This document shows, piece by piece, positions 39,938-53,466 of a stretch of DNA of 64,000 nt (position 1 is the first letter of the stretch; each line of letters begins with the position of its first letter). The position numbers and the translations under genes are program-made. This stretch comes from Prochlorococcus sp. AG-347-I15. Lineage in GTDB: Bacteria > Cyanobacteriota > Cyanobacteriia > PCC-6307 > Cyanobiaceae. The notes beneath the pieces were generated by a model that ran no database searches, was not told the origin of the DNA, and saw only the letters and a list, made by a program, of their open reading frames with translations. The DNA lies in the NCBI GenBank assembly GCA_003281585.1, contig QCBN01000001.1, positions 168,247 to 232,246 on the forward strand, given 5' to 3'.

Positions 39938-41263
39938 TCAAAATTCTAAATCAGAAATTTCTTTTAGTGCAGCAATACTTAAAACTTCTGGGTTTGTATC
40001 TGTGACCAGGACATCATCTTCTATTCTTATCCCTATGCCTTTCCATTTCTCATCTATGGGGGGTTGTCCCTCAGGTACGGGGATCCTATCACTTATGTAG
40101 ATCCCAGGTTCTACTGTAAGAATCATTCCATTCTGTAATGGTACTTCATAGTCCCCCATCCTGTATGCTCCAACATCATGAACATCTAAGCCGAGCCAAT
40201 GTCCAGTTCTATGCATGTAAAGATGTTTATAAGATTGATTCTCAATTATCTCCTCAGTACTGCCTGACAATAAACCAATTTCTTTTAATCCTTCTATAAG
40301 AATTGTTAAAGCAACATTATGAACATGACTAGAATTCGACCCCTTTACAGCACTTTTAATTGCATTTTTCTGCGCACTCAAAACGATTTCATAGATAATT
40401 TTTTGCTCATTGGAAAATTTACCGCCAATTGGAATAGTTCTTGTTATGTCTCCATTGTAATAATCAATTAGTGAGCAACCAGCATCCACTAACAATAAAT
40501 CTTGCTTCTTCAAGGGGGAGTTATTTGAAGTGTAATGCAAAATACAGGCGTTATCTCCTGATGCAACAATTGAGTTATAAGCTGGTCCTCTCGCACCTTT
40601 TTCCAGAAAAAATCCCTCTAGAAGACCCTGAATTTGTCTTTCATTTTTCTTTGATGAGATTGATTCTCTAACTAATTCATGAGCTTCTGCTGAGATTTGA
40701 ATAGCCTCTCTCATTCTCTTAATTTCAAATTCACTTTTAATTAATCTCATCTCATTTAAATAAATTTCTGGAGATTTTATAGAATTTCCACCAATGCCTG
40801 ATCTTGAGCGATTTTCAAGTTGTTGTGAAAAAATTTCCAGTATTATTTTCTCAACTGATGGATGCTTACCAATAGAAAAAACAAGTTCGTCAGAACCATT
40901 TATATAGGCTGGGAGTAAATCTTTTAATTCGTTTATTGAGTGAGCCTTATCAGCATTAAACTCTTTTTCAGCGCCTTCTAAACCCCATCTAAAGCCATGC
41001 CAGACTTCACTTATAACATCTTTAGGGGCAACAAACATAATAAATCTCTCTCCCTTTGGCTTATGCGATAAGAAAAGAGCGATTGCATCTGGCTCATCGA
41101 AACCGGTTAAATACCAAAAATTACTATCTTGTCTAAAAGGATATTCACAATCAGCATGATGCTTTACGAGACTAGCACCAGGGATAATAGCAGCTTTTCC
41201 ATTTAATTTATTGAGGAAGATTTCTCTTCTTTCTTCAAAAACTTTATTTTCAGGTTTAAACAT
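39938..41263 (-). CDS. pepP: Xaa-Pro aminopeptidase
   Basis: FRQDSNFWYLTG, HWLGLDVHD, TVEPGIY, GIRIEDD. Confidence 0.96.
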   Translation of the reverse strand: MFKPENKVFEERREIFLNKLNGKAAIIPGASLVKHHADCEYPFRQDSNFWYLTGFDEPDAIALFLSHKPKGERFIMFVAPKDVISEVWHGFRWGLEGAEKEFNADKAHSINELKDLLPAYINGSDELVFSIGKHPSVEKIILEIFSQQLENRSRSGIGGNSIKSPEIYLNEMRLIKSEFEIKRMREAIQISAEAHELVRESISSKKNERQIQGLLEGFFLEKGARGPAYNSIVASGDNACILHYTSNNSPLKKQDLLLVDAGCSLIDYYNGDITRTIPIGGKFSNEQKIIYEIVLSAQKNAIKSAVKGSNSSHVHNVALTILIEGLKEIGLLSGSTEEIIENQSYKHLYMHRTGHWLGLDVHDVGAYRMGDYEVPLQNGMILTVEPGIYISDRIPVPEGQPPIDEKWKGIGIRIEDDVLVTDTNPEVLSIAALKEISDLEF

Positions 41264-41337
41264 AGATTGTGTATTGGCGTGTTTTTAAAAAAAATGGAAG
41301 AATGAATTAATACAGATTTAGTAACTAATCTATTTTA

Positions 41338-42315
41338 ATGGAACCAAGTGTTTACGGTTTAACTGTTCTTATAATTATTATCTTAGTTGGGTCAGCATGT
41401 TGTTCGGGAGTAGAAGCTGCTTTTTTAGCTGTAAATTCGATTCGAATTCTAGAGATAGCCTCTAAACAAAAACCAAAGAGTTCTGCAAATCAACTCCTTA
41501 AACTTAGAAAACATCTTGGAAGAACATTAACAGTAATTACTATTACTAATAATGGATTTAACATAATTGGAAGTCTTATTTTAGGTGTATATGGAGCATT
41601 GGTTATTAATAGCAGTTTTGGCCTAACCCTGTTTTCAATTTCTTTTTACATACTAGTCGTATTAGTAGGAGAAGTACTACCTAAAGCTCTTGGCACAAGA
41701 TTCTCAGTTCAAATAGCATTATTATCAGTTCCTATCTTGAGAATATTGCATACTTTAATGAGGCCATTTTTAGTATTAATAGAACAAATATTTCCAGTTA
41801 TTACTATAGAAAATGAAATTTCAACAGATGAAGAAGAAATTAGACAAATGGCAAAAATTGGAAGCCAAAAAGGTTTGATAGAAGCGGATGAAGCAGCAAT
41901 GATATTTAAGGTTTTTCAATTAAATGATTTAAAAGCTAAAGATTTAATGATCCCTAGAGTATCAGCACCTTGTCTTGATGGGTCTTCGAATCTTAAAGAA
42001 ATTTCAAAACTTATAATCGGCGATAACTCTCCATGGTGGGTTATTTTGGGGGATAAAGTTGACAAAATACAGGGGGTGGTTCCCCGTGAGAGAATGCTAG
42101 CAGAATTAATAAATGGAGAAAACAAAAAATTATTGTCAGAAATTTGCGAACCTGTGGACTACATTCCAGAAATGATTAAGGCAGATCAATTATTAACAAG
42201 ATTTGACAAGAATCATAAAGGAGTGAAAGTAGTAGTAGATGAATTTGGAGGATTCGTGGGCATTATTGGTGCAGAAGCTGTGTTATCTGTTTTAGCTGGC
42301 TGGTGGAAAAAATAA
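41338..42315 (+). CDS. CNNM (DUF21) / CBS-domain protein
   Basis: SGVEAAF, GEVLPK, MIPR, VVDEFGG. Confidence 0.92.
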   Translation: MEPSVYGLTVLIIIILVGSACCSGVEAAFLAVNSIRILEIASKQKPKSSANQLLKLRKHLGRTLTVITITNNGFNIIGSLILGVYGALVINSSFGLTLFSISFYILVVLVGEVLPKALGTRFSVQIALLSVPILRILHTLMRPFLVLIEQIFPVITIENEISTDEEEIRQMAKIGSQKGLIEADEAAMIFKVFQLNDLKAKDLMIPRVSAPCLDGSSNLKEISKLIIGDNSPWWVILGDKVDKIQGVVPRERMLAELINGENKKLLSEICEPVDYIPEMIKADQLLTRFDKNHKGVKVVVDEFGGFVGIIGAEAVLSVLAGWWKK

Positions 42316-42318
42316 ATC

Positions 42319-43560
42319 ATGAAACAATTTAAAATTAAAAAAAATTATTTACTTTTAAAAAATTGGTGGGAGACTATTGATCTTACCAACTATGAAAAAA
42401 GATATTTTAATAGGGACATAATTTCTTTTAATCAACAACTTTTTAGGCTTAAAGAAAAAAAAATAAGAATTGGCGTATATGGTAAATCAGGAGTAGGGAA
42501 ATCTTCTGTTTTAAATTCTTTATTAGAAAAAGATATATTTAATACAGATATTATCAACGGGACCACAAGAGAAATTCAGGCTGAAGAATGGAAATTTAAA
42601 GATCAATCACTCAACGGTATTGAGTTACTAGATTCTCCAGGATTTGATTACTGCGATATTAAATTCCCAGATAAAATTTACTCCTCTATAAATCACTCAG
42701 ATCTTATTTTATTTATAATTTCGGGAGATTTAAATAGAAATGAGTTAAAAGAAATCAGCTCTTTTATAAAAGATGGAAAAAAAATTATTTTAATTTTAAA
42801 TAAAATCGATCTATTTAATAAAAATGAATTAAAAGAAATAATTGAGAATATAAAGTTTAAGCTTCCAAAAGATTTAAATATTCCAATAATCATTAATAAT
42901 GAAAACAATCTTAAAAATTACTTAGCAAAATTAATCAATCAATATGGTGAGATACTATTATCACTAAATTCTATTCAATTAGCTGACAAATTGTTTCTGA
43001 AAATAAAAGAGCAAAGATTGAAAAAAAGGCAGAAATTAGCTCAATCAACTATAGGTAAATTTTCGACTATAAAGGCATCCGCAGTAGCTCTTAATCCTTT
43101 TATGTTATTTGACGTTGCTGGTAGTTTTGCACTAGATACTGCATTGATTAACGAATTAAGTAAGATTTACGGCTTAAAGTTGAAAAGTGAATCTACAAGA
43201 AAAATATTTAAAAATATATCCATTAATAATTTATGTTTGGGAATCACTCAAGTCGGCGTTAATACCTCTTTCAACCTTATTAAAAAACTAATTCTTTTAA
43301 CAGCACCTTTTACTAACGGGCTTTCATTATTACCCTATGGACCCATAGCAATTATTCAAGCTGCAATAGCGATTTATTCTACAAAAATTCTAGGGAAATT
43401 AGCAGCAAAAGAGATATTCGTAAGAAGCAAAGCTTCTTTTATAGAGCCTGATATTTTGATCCAAAATATGAATTTTAATGACCCAGAGATTTTTAACTAC
43501 ATAAATATTTATTTTTCAAGTAGAAATTTAAATAATAATTTTGTTAGTTTTCTACCTTAA
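42319..43560 (+). CDS. Era-like GTPase with DUF697 domain
   Basis: GKSGVGKSS, DSPG, NKID. Confidence 0.88.
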   Translation: MKQFKIKKNYLLLKNWWETIDLTNYEKRYFNRDIISFNQQLFRLKEKKIRIGVYGKSGVGKSSVLNSLLEKDIFNTDIINGTTREIQAEEWKFKDQSLNGIELLDSPGFDYCDIKFPDKIYSSINHSDLILFIISGDLNRNELKEISSFIKDGKKIILILNKIDLFNKNELKEIIENIKFKLPKDLNIPIIINNENNLKNYLAKLINQYGEILLSLNSIQLADKLFLKIKEQRLKKRQKLAQSTIGKFSTIKASAVALNPFMLFDVAGSFALDTALINELSKIYGLKLKSESTRKIFKNISINNLCLGITQVGVNTSFNLIKKLILLTAPFTNGLSLLPYGPIAIIQAAIAIYSTKILGKLAAKEIFVRSKASFIEPDILIQNMNFNDPEIFNYINIYFSSRNLNNNFVSFLP

Positions 43561-43568
43561 AACTTAAA

Positions 43569-44147
43569 ATGGAAAAAAGTATTGCTTTATTTGGTACGAG
43601 TGCTGATCCACCTACAATTGGACACAAAAAAATTCTTGAAGAATTATCCAAAATTTATTCTTTTACCATTAGTTATGTGAGCAACAACCCCCAAAAAAAG
43701 CACATAGAGGATATCTCTATTCGTAGCCATTTATTAAAAACTCTTATTGATGATTTAGATAATCCGAAAATTTTGTTTAATCAAACAATAAGTAGCCAAT
43801 GGGCAGTTGAGTCAATCAAAAAATGTAAAGAAATTTATAAATTCAATAATTTAGATTTTGTAATTGGCAGTGATTTAATTAAAGATATTTTCTACTGGAA
43901 AAATTTCGACAAAATTATTTTGGAGGTAAGTTTTTTTATAATTTTGAGAGAGGGATATCCTGTTGAATCAAGTACTTTTAAAATGTTAGAAACTTATAGA
44001 GTGAAATTTAAGATTTCAACCATCAAAACCCCAAACATTTCAAGTTCTAAGTTTAGATTAAATTTTAATTGTTCTAATTTACCGTCGTCGTTAATAGATA
44101 TAGTTAAGAGGAATAATTTATATGAATCCATCAAATTAGTTGAATGA
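43569..44147 (+). CDS. nadD: Nicotinate-nucleotide adenylyltransferase
   Basis: FGTSADPPTIGH, VIGSD, ISSS. Confidence 0.93.
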   Translation: MEKSIALFGTSADPPTIGHKKILEELSKIYSFTISYVSNNPQKKHIEDISIRSHLLKTLIDDLDNPKILFNQTISSQWAVESIKKCKEIYKFNNLDFVIGSDLIKDIFYWKNFDKIILEVSFFIILREGYPVESSTFKMLETYRVKFKISTIKTPNISSSKFRLNFNCSNLPSSLIDIVKRNNLYESIKLVE

Positions 44148-45841
44148 AATTTTTACTTGCCCAAATAAATCCAGTTGTTGGAGATTTAGAGGGCAATGCA
44201 AAAAAAATACTTAATATTGCTTCGAAAGCTAGCTCAATTTCTGCTGATTTTGTTCTTACTCCAGAATTATCATTATGGGGATATCCTGCAAATGACTTAC
44301 TTTTTAAAAAAAGTTTAATCAAAAATCAATACCAAATTCTTGATAAATTAGCTTTAGATATTAATAAAAAATATGGAAACTTAAGCATCTCAATCGGAAT
44401 AGCTGAGAAGGTAAATGATTCTTTTTTTCCTAATCTTTATAATTCTATTGCGTTGGTTGAGGGCGGTGAATGGAAAATAATTGCTCGGAAAATTATTCTT
44501 CCCACTTATGAAGTATTTGATGAGAAAAGATACTTTAGATCAGAAGAAAAAGTTTCCGTATTAATTAAGCAAATTAAAAATAAAACTTGGCGACTTGGCT
44601 TTACTATATGTGAGGATTTATGGGTCAACAAGGATATCGAAGGTAGAGGAATCCATAGAAAAAATCCTATTATTGATTTGAAGAAAAAAAAAGTTGATAT
44701 TTTAGTAAATTTATCAGCCTCCCCATATACTCTGAAAAAGTTAGAACTAAGATCCAAGGTTTCCACTTTTGCTGCACAATATCTTCAAGTACCGCTGATT
44801 TATGTCAACCAGATTGGAGCAAATGATAATTTAATTTTTGATGGAAATAGTTTTATTCTTGATAAGAATGGATCTAAAATTAAGCAATTAAAATCTTTTT
44901 CGGAAGATCTCTCCAGCTGGGAAATTGAACAAACAAAACCTCAAAAAAATGAATTTAAAAACTCCGAAATGTCATCAATTTTTGATGCATTAGTCCTTGG
45001 TGTTAAAGATTATGCAAAAAAATGTGGATTTAAAACAGCTTTAGTTGGATTAAGTGGTGGTATTGATTCAGCACTTGTCTCAGCAATTGCCACAGCGGCT
45101 CTAGGAAGTGATAATGTTTATTGCGTTTCAATGCCCTCTAAGTGGAGCTCATCTCATTCAAAGAGTGATGCAAAAGATTTAGCAAGAAGATTAAAGACAA
45201 GTTTCAAGAGCATTCCAATTGAAAACTTGATGACCTCTTTTGAAGAATCATTTGTAAAAACCATATCTTTCGAGATGGCTGAAATAACAAATCAAAATAT
45301 TCAGTCAAGGATAAGAGGCACACTTCTTATGGCTTTAGCAAATCAAGAAAAGCATTTGTTACTCTCAACAGGCAATAAATCAGAACTAGCTGTAGGATAT
45401 TGCACACTTTATGGTGATATGAATGGGGGATTATCTGTAATTGGGGATTTATATAAAACTAATGTTTTTAAATTATGCAATTGGCTTGATAGTGAAGATT
45501 CAATTAATTGTAGAAAGTTATATTTGTTAGATACTAGTGTAGATATAATTGGAGAAAATATACGTAAAAAAGCTCCAAGTGCTGAATTAGGGCCTAATCA
45601 ATTAGATACTGATTCTCTCCCACCTTACTCTATTTTAGATAAAATTCTTAAAGGAATTATTGAAGAGAAAAAAGATTTACAACAACTAGAAGAAGATGGT
45701 TATAAAAAAGATTTAATTTTAAAAATTATCTCACTCATAAAAAAAGCGGAATTTAAAAGAAAGCAGGCTCCTCCAATCCTAAAACTAAGCAGTCAATCAT
45801 TAGGAAGTGACTGGAGAGTTCCCATAGCAATATCTTATTAA
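44144..45841 (+). CDS. nadE: Glutamine-dependent NAD+ synthetase
   Basis: Nitrilase domain (PEL, ICEDLW) plus GLSGGIDS and TGNKSE. Confidence 0.97.
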   Translation: MKFLLAQINPVVGDLEGNAKKILNIASKASSISADFVLTPELSLWGYPANDLLFKKSLIKNQYQILDKLALDINKKYGNLSISIGIAEKVNDSFFPNLYNSIALVEGGEWKIIARKIILPTYEVFDEKRYFRSEEKVSVLIKQIKNKTWRLGFTICEDLWVNKDIEGRGIHRKNPIIDLKKKKVDILVNLSASPYTLKKLELRSKVSTFAAQYLQVPLIYVNQIGANDNLIFDGNSFILDKNGSKIKQLKSFSEDLSSWEIEQTKPQKNEFKNSEMSSIFDALVLGVKDYAKKCGFKTALVGLSGGIDSALVSAIATAALGSDNVYCVSMPSKWSSSHSKSDAKDLARRLKTSFKSIPIENLMTSFEESFVKTISFEMAEITNQNIQSRIRGTLLMALANQEKHLLLSTGNKSELAVGYCTLYGDMNGGLSVIGDLYKTNVFKLCNWLDSEDSINCRKLYLLDTSVDIIGENIRKKAPSAELGPNQLDTDSLPPYSILDKILKGIIEEKKDLQQLEEDGYKKDLILKIISLIKKAEFKRKQAPPILKLSSQSLGSDWRVPIAISY

Positions 45842-46896
45842 TCACTATAAGAACACTCTTGGATTTTTTTTAAAGGGCGTTTAACTGAATCAAGGTTGAT
45901 ACCTTTTTTGATAGCAAGAATTATGCCTGCAGCTTCTAAATAATTGTCAACTTCAAAAAGATTGGGATAACTATAAAACTCATTTGTCACTTTTAATGTA
46001 TTTTGATTTTTTACAGAGATAATATTTAAACCTTTTTCAATCCCTGCTAGTACTGCTTCTCCTCCCAATGCACCACTAGGAACAACAATCGATTCAATCT
46101 GATCAGGGTGTAGTGAGACTGATTCATTTTTAGCAGTCAATTCAACAATATCAGGTGCATTGCTTAACCCAATAAGTACAGATGGTAAAAAAGTGTATCC
46201 TATTTCTTCTGCAGCTGCACGAGGATCTAAATTTTCATTCAATTCAATTGGATTTAAAGCAGGTGCGTGAGCACAGGGAACTTTTAAAAATTTGCTTATT
46301 AAATGACTTATAACTGCTTCGACTCCAGCAATAGGATCAACCCCTTTTCCCTCTCGATAGATATTTGTTTCTAAAGAATCTGGATCATCTGGAAATTTTG
46401 CCACAATTGCTATTGCCGTAACTCCTTTTTCTATTAAACATTTTCCAGCATCAATTAGAGTATCAGGATTTTTAATTGTGCCACCACTGATTTTTGAAGA
46501 ATCAGAATCAATAACTATGTTTAATGGCTTTCTTGTAATCACATAAGAATGAACATTAATTCCTAAAGTAGAAACACATGCATCAGCAACTTGTAAATGT
46601 CTAAATAATATTTCTTTTTCAATGGCTGAATCAAAAATTATCCCAATTTTCTGTTGCTTTACCCTTTTTAAAGCGATTTCTCCTTTAGCAAGTCGATCTA
46701 AACTATAACCCTCAACATAAAAAATATTTTTATCTTTTTCAGAAAGATTACCACCATTCATAACATTTGGATGAGTAATTAAACATCCACTTGCCGATGC
46801 TAATAATTTAGCGGTTGGAAGTGCATCTCCAGCAAAACCTCCTACTTCACAACCAATACCAGTTGGAACTATGAATATTGTTGGTGAATTTTCCAT
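45838..46896 (-). CDS. DUF3326-family protein
   Basis: IVPTGIGCEVGGFAGDA, ITHPNVMNG, PCAHAP. Confidence 0.88.
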   Translation of the reverse strand: MENSPTIFIVPTGIGCEVGGFAGDALPTAKLLASASGCLITHPNVMNGGNLSEKDKNIFYVEGYSLDRLAKGEIALKRVKQQKIGIIFDSAIEKEILFRHLQVADACVSTLGINVHSYVITRKPLNIVIDSDSSKISGGTIKNPDTLIDAGKCLIEKGVTAIAIVAKFPDDPDSLETNIYREGKGVDPIAGVEAVISHLISKFLKVPCAHAPALNPIELNENLDPRAAAEEIGYTFLPSVLIGLSNAPDIVELTAKNESVSLHPDQIESIVVPSGALGGEAVLAGIEKGLNIISVKNQNTLKVTNEFYSYPNLFEVDNYLEAAGIILAIKKGINLDSVKRPLKKIQECSYSD

Positions 46897-46923
46897 TATT
46901 AAAAATATTTCAATTTACATTTC

Positions 46924-47115
46924 TTAATTAGCTAAGACAGCTTTAATTATAAGTTTTTTTGTTCCAAAAGAGTCAATAGAATTTTGAATATCAACTATTG
47001 ACCATCGAATTAAATCACCTTTTTTTTCTAAATTTGCAATGATGAATCCCCTTAAATTTTTTACTTTAATTGAAGCTGGCCAATCTAAATAGTACTCAAT
47101 TGAACTTAATTTCAT
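46924..47115 (-). CDS. Hypothetical protein
   Basis: 63 aa; ATGA overlap with the ferredoxin gene. Confidence 0.75.
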   Translation of the reverse strand: MKLSSIEYYLDWPASIKVKNLRGFIIANLEKKGDLIRWSIVDIQNSIDSFGTKKLIIKAVLAN

Positions 47116-47438
47116 TTTTGATATTTACCAAATTGATCATTATACAAATCATCTTCGACTTCTTTACCAATAACAATATTCAAATCGGACTTGGGATATG
47201 CCACACATAAAAGTGCAAAGCCCTTTTCCCTCAAATCATCATTTAATCCCATAGCATCTTCTTGATCTACAGATCCTTCCAATATCATGGATGCACAATC
47301 TGTACAAACTCCTGAACAACAACTACTTGGTAAATCTATTCCATTCATTTTTGCCGCTGAAATAATATCTTGATCTTCAGAACATAAAAAACTAAAAGTC
47401 TTTTGCTCAAATTGAACTTTGATATTGTATTCAGGCAT
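47112..47438 (-). CDS. 2Fe-2S ferredoxin
   Basis: LPSSCCSGVCTDC...LLCVAYP. Confidence 0.95.
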   Translation of the reverse strand: MPEYNIKVQFEQKTFSFLCSEDQDIISAAKMNGIDLPSSCCSGVCTDCASMILEGSVDQEDAMGLNDDLREKGFALLCVAYPKSDLNIVIGKEVEDDLYNDQFGKYQK

Positions 47439-47454
47439 ATCCTAAATCTTATTT

Positions 47455-48405
47455 CTAAACTGCAGAACCTCCTACAACCTCTAATATTTCTTGCGTAATA
47501 GCTGCTTGCCTGGCTTTGTTATAGGTTAGATTCAATGTACTTGCTAATTCTTTAGCATTATCACTCGCATTATTCATAGCAGTCATCCTGCAAGCGAGTT
47601 CTGAAGCTGCTGACTCTTGAAGAGCTCTTAGTACCTGATTCTGTAAATATAATGGTAATAAGGAATCTAATAGTTGATCAGGACTTTGTTCAAAAACAAT
47701 ATCTGATGGCAACTTCTCTGAATCACTTTTTTCCATATTTGATTTTTCAACAAGTAACTTACTATCTTTTGTAGTCAACCTAAAAATTTCATCGTTTTCC
47801 TCAGCAATTCCTTGAGGGTCAAGTGGCAATAGTGTTTGAACGACAGGAGCGCAGCTGACTAGAGTGATAAATTTAGTGTAAATAATTTCCACCCTATCAG
47901 AATTTTCTGAGAGAAATTCAGCTAAAATTTCATTCGTTACTCCTTCAGAGTCCTTAACTGTGGGTACCTGTTCTAGTTCTTTGAAAGTACTTTTAATTAC
48001 ATATCTATCCTTTCTATTTTGAAAATATCCAATAGCTTTCTTCCCTACCAAAATTAAATTTGGCTGGTACCCTTGTTTGACTAATTCTGCGTATCTTATT
48101 TCTACCTTTTTTATTATATTTGTATTGTAACCACCGCATAATCCTCTATCCGCAGTTATGCAAACCAAAGTAATGCTCTTTACCTCTCTCTTAGATAATA
48201 GAGGAGAGTCGACAGCCTCAAATTGAACTCTAGATTGGATATTTTCCAAGACCCGTGCAAGTTTATCTGCAAAAGGTCTACTCTTAAGAACTTGATCTTG
48301 AGCTCTCCTAACTTTTGCAGCTGCAACAAGTCTCATGGCCTCCGTTATTTTTCTTGTATTTTTAACGGAAACGATTCGATCTCTAATCTCTTTAAGATTT
48401 GCCAT
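47455..48405 (-). CDS. atpG: ATP synthase gamma subunit
   Basis: [30 protein letters not shown]. Confidence 0.99.
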   Translation of the reverse strand: MANLKEIRDRIVSVKNTRKITEAMRLVAAAKVRRAQDQVLKSRPFADKLARVLENIQSRVQFEAVDSPLLSKREVKSITLVCITADRGLCGGYNTNIIKKVEIRYAELVKQGYQPNLILVGKKAIGYFQNRKDRYVIKSTFKELEQVPTVKDSEGVTNEILAEFLSENSDRVEIIYTKFITLVSCAPVVQTLLPLDPQGIAEENDEIFRLTTKDSKLLVEKSNMEKSDSEKLPSDIVFEQSPDQLLDSLLPLYLQNQVLRALQESAASELACRMTAMNNASDNAKELASTLNLTYNKARQAAITQEILEVVGGSAV

Positions 48406-48424
48406 GGTATCTCCTTAAATAAAT

Positions 48425-49954
<1,530 letters not shown>

Positions 49955-49972
49955 TTAAGGTTGATTTAAAAG

Positions 49973-50515
49973 TTACTTGGAAAGGGATAAGCCAAGTTTT
50001 CTAATTTGTGAAGCAAGGGAAGCATCAATTACTTTTGATCCTACACTGGCGACGAAACCACCAATAAGAGATGGGTCGATTTTAGTTACAAGTTCTAATT
50101 TTTCTGTTCCAGCAATATTGATGATCTTTTTAGTAATTAAACCTTTCTGTTCATCAGTAAGCTCGACTGCAGAAGTAACAGTTGCCAAAGCAATATTACT
50201 ATTTTCTCGGTAAATCTCTAAAAACCTATCAAGAATTGAAGTAAGGATTCCAATTCTTTGCCTATCGGCCAATAATTTTAAGAAATTCAGTAAAGAAGAA
50301 TTAACCTTATTTGAAAAAATTTCAATAATGATTTTCTTCTTAGCATCTGTCTCTAAAATGGGAGAGGACAATGCCTTCTCCAATTCAGGGGAATCATTTA
50401 TTAATTCCAAAAGTTTTTTAACCTCAGAAACCATCTCTTCAGTTTGCGAATTTTCATTCACAACTTGAAGTAATGCCTCTGCGTATGGTGTAGTAACTGA
50501 ATTTAAAAGTGGCAT
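49973..50515 (-). CDS. atpH: ATP synthase delta subunit
   Basis: PYAEAL...DPSLIGG; operon position. Confidence 0.97.
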   Translation of the reverse strand: MPLLNSVTTPYAEALLQVVNENSQTEEMVSEVKKLLELINDSPELEKALSSPILETDAKKKIIIEIFSNKVNSSLLNFLKLLADRQRIGILTSILDRFLEIYRENSNIALATVTSAVELTDEQKGLITKKIINIAGTEKLELVTKIDPSLIGGFVASVGSKVIDASLASQIRKLGLSLSK

Positions 50516-51027
50516 TAGTTCACCTCAATATTGTTAATAGATTGAGTTACCAAATTTTCTTGTGTTGTTTTATCAAGTCGATTTGGGAGAGATTCTAAAG
50601 CTTTCTTAATTGCCAGTTCAACAGCTTCTTTTCGTAGTTGAGAAATTGCTCTGGATGCTTCAGAGCTCTCATCAGAGATTGCACTTTGTTTAATTCGTGC
50701 CATCTCCTCTATCGCTTTTTTCTCACTTTCCATTCTGATTGATTCAGATCTTTTAAGAGAATCTGCTTTTATTTGAGAAGCTTTTTCTTCTGCTGAAGAT
50801 AAATCTTTCTTCGCCTTTTCTAAAGCTTGAGTTGCATTTAGGAGTCGATCTTCAGCATCTTTTAATTCAAGAAGGATTCCTTCTCTCCTTTTTTGAAGCA
50901 TTTTACCTAAGAAACCAGGCAAAAATTTATAAAGACCGAATACCACTACAGCCCAATTAAGGATATTAGTTTCGAATAAATTGAAGTTCAATCCAAAACC
51001 TTCTGTAGCTAAAAGAGTGAAATTCAT
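50515..51027 (-). CDS. atpF: ATP synthase subunit b
   Basis: [11 protein letters not shown] plus coiled coil. Confidence 0.95.
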   Translation of the reverse strand: MNFTLLATEGFGLNFNLFETNILNWAVVVFGLYKFLPGFLGKMLQKRREGILLELKDAEDRLLNATQALEKAKKDLSSAEEKASQIKADSLKRSESIRMESEKKAIEEMARIKQSAISDESSEASRAISQLRKEAVELAIKKALESLPNRLDKTTQENLVTQSINNIEVN

Positions 51028-51485
51028 TTTTCTAGAATCAATCTATTAACAATAAGTTCGCTTAGATCATCAGCCTGTTTAGAAAGTTGATCACGAGCAG
51101 CGGAAGTCTGACTTTCAATTTCTAATCTTGCCTTTTCTTTTGAAGCATTTGCTTCATCATTAGCAAGTTCTAGTGCTTCTTTATAAAGCTTGTCAGACTC
51201 ATTCTCAGCTTCGCTCACAATTCTTTGGGCTTCTGAACGAGCACTTTGAAGCTGAGTTAATAAATCAGCTTCTAATTTTTTAACCTCAGAAAGTTTATTT
51301 TTGGCCTCAATAATATTATTACTTACAAACTTTTCTCTTTTTTCTACAACATTGCCGACAGGCTTAAAAAAGAGAGAATTTAATATGTAAGTAAGCGCAA
51401 CTACTTGAATTGCCATTAGTGGCAAAGTGGCATTTATATCAAATAATCCACCTTCTGTAGCACCAAAAAAATTAAAGGCCAACAT
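51024..51485 (-). CDS. atpF2: ATP synthase subunit b'
   Basis: [16 protein letters not shown]. Confidence 0.95.
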   Translation of the reverse strand: MLAFNFFGATEGGLFDINATLPLMAIQVVALTYILNSLFFKPVGNVVEKREKFVSNNIIEAKNKLSEVKKLEADLLTQLQSARSEAQRIVSEAENESDKLYKEALELANDEANASKEKARLEIESQTSAARDQLSKQADDLSELIVNRLILEK

Positions 51486-51553
51486 ATGATTCAGTTGAAG
51501 TTAAAAAATTAAATTTAAATATTGCTAATAAGAATTAGAAGCAATATTAACTT

Positions 51554-51817
<264 letters not shown>

Positions 51818-51827
51818 TTAATACTTG

Positions 51828-51925
51828 TGATAATCTTTGTTGTCATACACGCTTGGACATCCTTTGTTATAAGAATGGGTCTGATATTTTCAGACCTACG
51901 CGATTAGATATTTTGCCAGATTACA
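51828..51925 (-). ncRNA. ATPC RNA motif (cis-element between subunits a and c)
   Basis: Known location in picocyanobacteria; stems TAATCT/AGATTA and GGTCTGA/TCAGACC; boundaries approximate. Confidence 0.7.
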
Positions 51926-51963
51926 GACCCTTTGTAAAAGCGTCTGAATGTATCAGAAAACAG

Positions 51964-52689
51964 CTAATGATGTTCTTCAACAGCTTCTCCAATGTAATAG
52001 GCCGCTAAAGTTGCAAAAATCAATGCCTGAATTGCACTAGTAAATAAACCTAGGAACATAACAGGTATTGGAAGAATTAGCGGAACTAAAAAGACTAGAA
52101 CACCAACAACAAGTTCATCAGCCAGAATATTTCCAAATAGCCTGAAAGAGAGTGATAAAGGTTTCGTAAAGTCTTCTAGAATTTTGAAAGGAAGCATAAT
52201 CGGAGTTGGGTGAACATAGTATTCGAAGTATCTCCAGCCCTTATTACTTAAACCTGCATAGAAATAAGAAAGTGAAACCAATAAAGCCAAGGCGATAGTT
52301 GTATTGATATCTGCAGTAGGTGCTCCTAATTCTCCACTTGGTAACTTAATTAATCTCCAAGGAATTAAAGCTCCTCCCCAATTACTAACAAAGACGAATA
52401 AGAATAAAGTACCTATAAAAGGCATCCAATCTCTATAAACTTTTTCCCCTATTTGCGTCCTAGCAAGATCTCTTATGTAATCCCAGAGGAACTCAAGCAA
52501 GTTTTGAAGGCCTTTAGGATCATTTTCCATTTTTTTAGTTCCTAAAGAAATAAAAACTAATAAAGCTCCTAATAAAATCCAAGATGTTAAAAATACCTGC
52601 CCATGAAGTCTGATATTTCCAATTTGCCAATAAAGATGTTGACCAACTTCTAATGCTGCAAAATTTGTTAGCAAGGAATTTAAGAACAT
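51964..52689 (-). CDS. atpB: ATP synthase subunit a
   Basis: [17 protein letters not shown]. Confidence 0.99.
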   Translation of the reverse strand: MFLNSLLTNFAALEVGQHLYWQIGNIRLHGQVFLTSWILLGALLVFISLGTKKMENDPKGLQNLLEFLWDYIRDLARTQIGEKVYRDWMPFIGTLFLFVFVSNWGGALIPWRLIKLPSGELGAPTADINTTIALALLVSLSYFYAGLSNKGWRYFEYYVHPTPIMLPFKILEDFTKPLSLSFRLFGNILADELVVGVLVFLVPLILPIPVMFLGLFTSAIQALIFATLAAYYIGEAVEEHH

Positions 52690-52711
52690 TTGTTTTTAAT
52701 AAAAAAATTAC

Positions 52712-53188
52712 TTAAGAGCGTGAAAAATAAAGAATGAGTGAAGGCTTATAAATGAAAAACCCTATCATCGCAGGAAAAATATCCAAAGATCCTAGCTTGC
52801 TCGCAAAAATAAAGAGGCAAACTGGAACTAATAGTTGCAATTTTGATAGACCTGAAGATTCTTTACCAAGTTTACCTATACTTTTGGCAAGCAAACGTAG
52901 ATAAAAAATGCCGGCAATTGCACCTATAAAAATACTAAAACCAAAAGTAAAACCTAGAAAAATACCAGTTATTGATGCTAATAAAATAGAAACAACAAAA
53001 GTAATTCCAAAAATTGTTAATTGCAATTTTGCGTATTCATCATTTTGGGAAAGCAAATGATCTATTTGATTGGCAATGCCAGATTTACTTTCTTTGATGA
53101 TCGAATTATTCAGGGATTGAGGAAGTTGAACATTCTCATTAGAAGGATGCTCAAGTTTTTTTCTATTTGAGTCCACTGATGTGAACAT
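52712..53188 (-). CDS. atpI: ATP synthase protein I
   Basis: First gene of the operon; YLRLLAKS, GFFIYKP. Confidence 0.88.
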   Translation of the reverse strand: MFTSVDSNRKKLEHPSNENVQLPQSLNNSIIKESKSGIANQIDHLLSQNDEYAKLQLTIFGITFVVSILLASITGIFLGFTFGFSIFIGAIAGIFYLRLLAKSIGKLGKESSGLSKLQLLVPVCLFIFASKLGSLDIFPAMIGFFIYKPSLILYFSRS

Positions 53189-53466
53189 AGTTTAGAAACC
53201 CTCTCTAAATGGTTTGAAGTAAGTATATAAACTCACGGAATCTATCACGGAGAGGTACCTTTTAGCTAGTTTTTTTCTATAAAAAATTAATTCTTAAGAT
53301 TTATGATGAATCTATAGACCACTTTTTACTTTATTCTTCAAAAATAAAATTTATTCCAAGTCATCTTTTTAATTGCTTTTTAATTGCTTTAACACTTTAA
53401 AACGTTAATAAAAGACTTGGCAAAATCTCAATTAAACGTCTCAATAGTACATATACATCTAAAAAA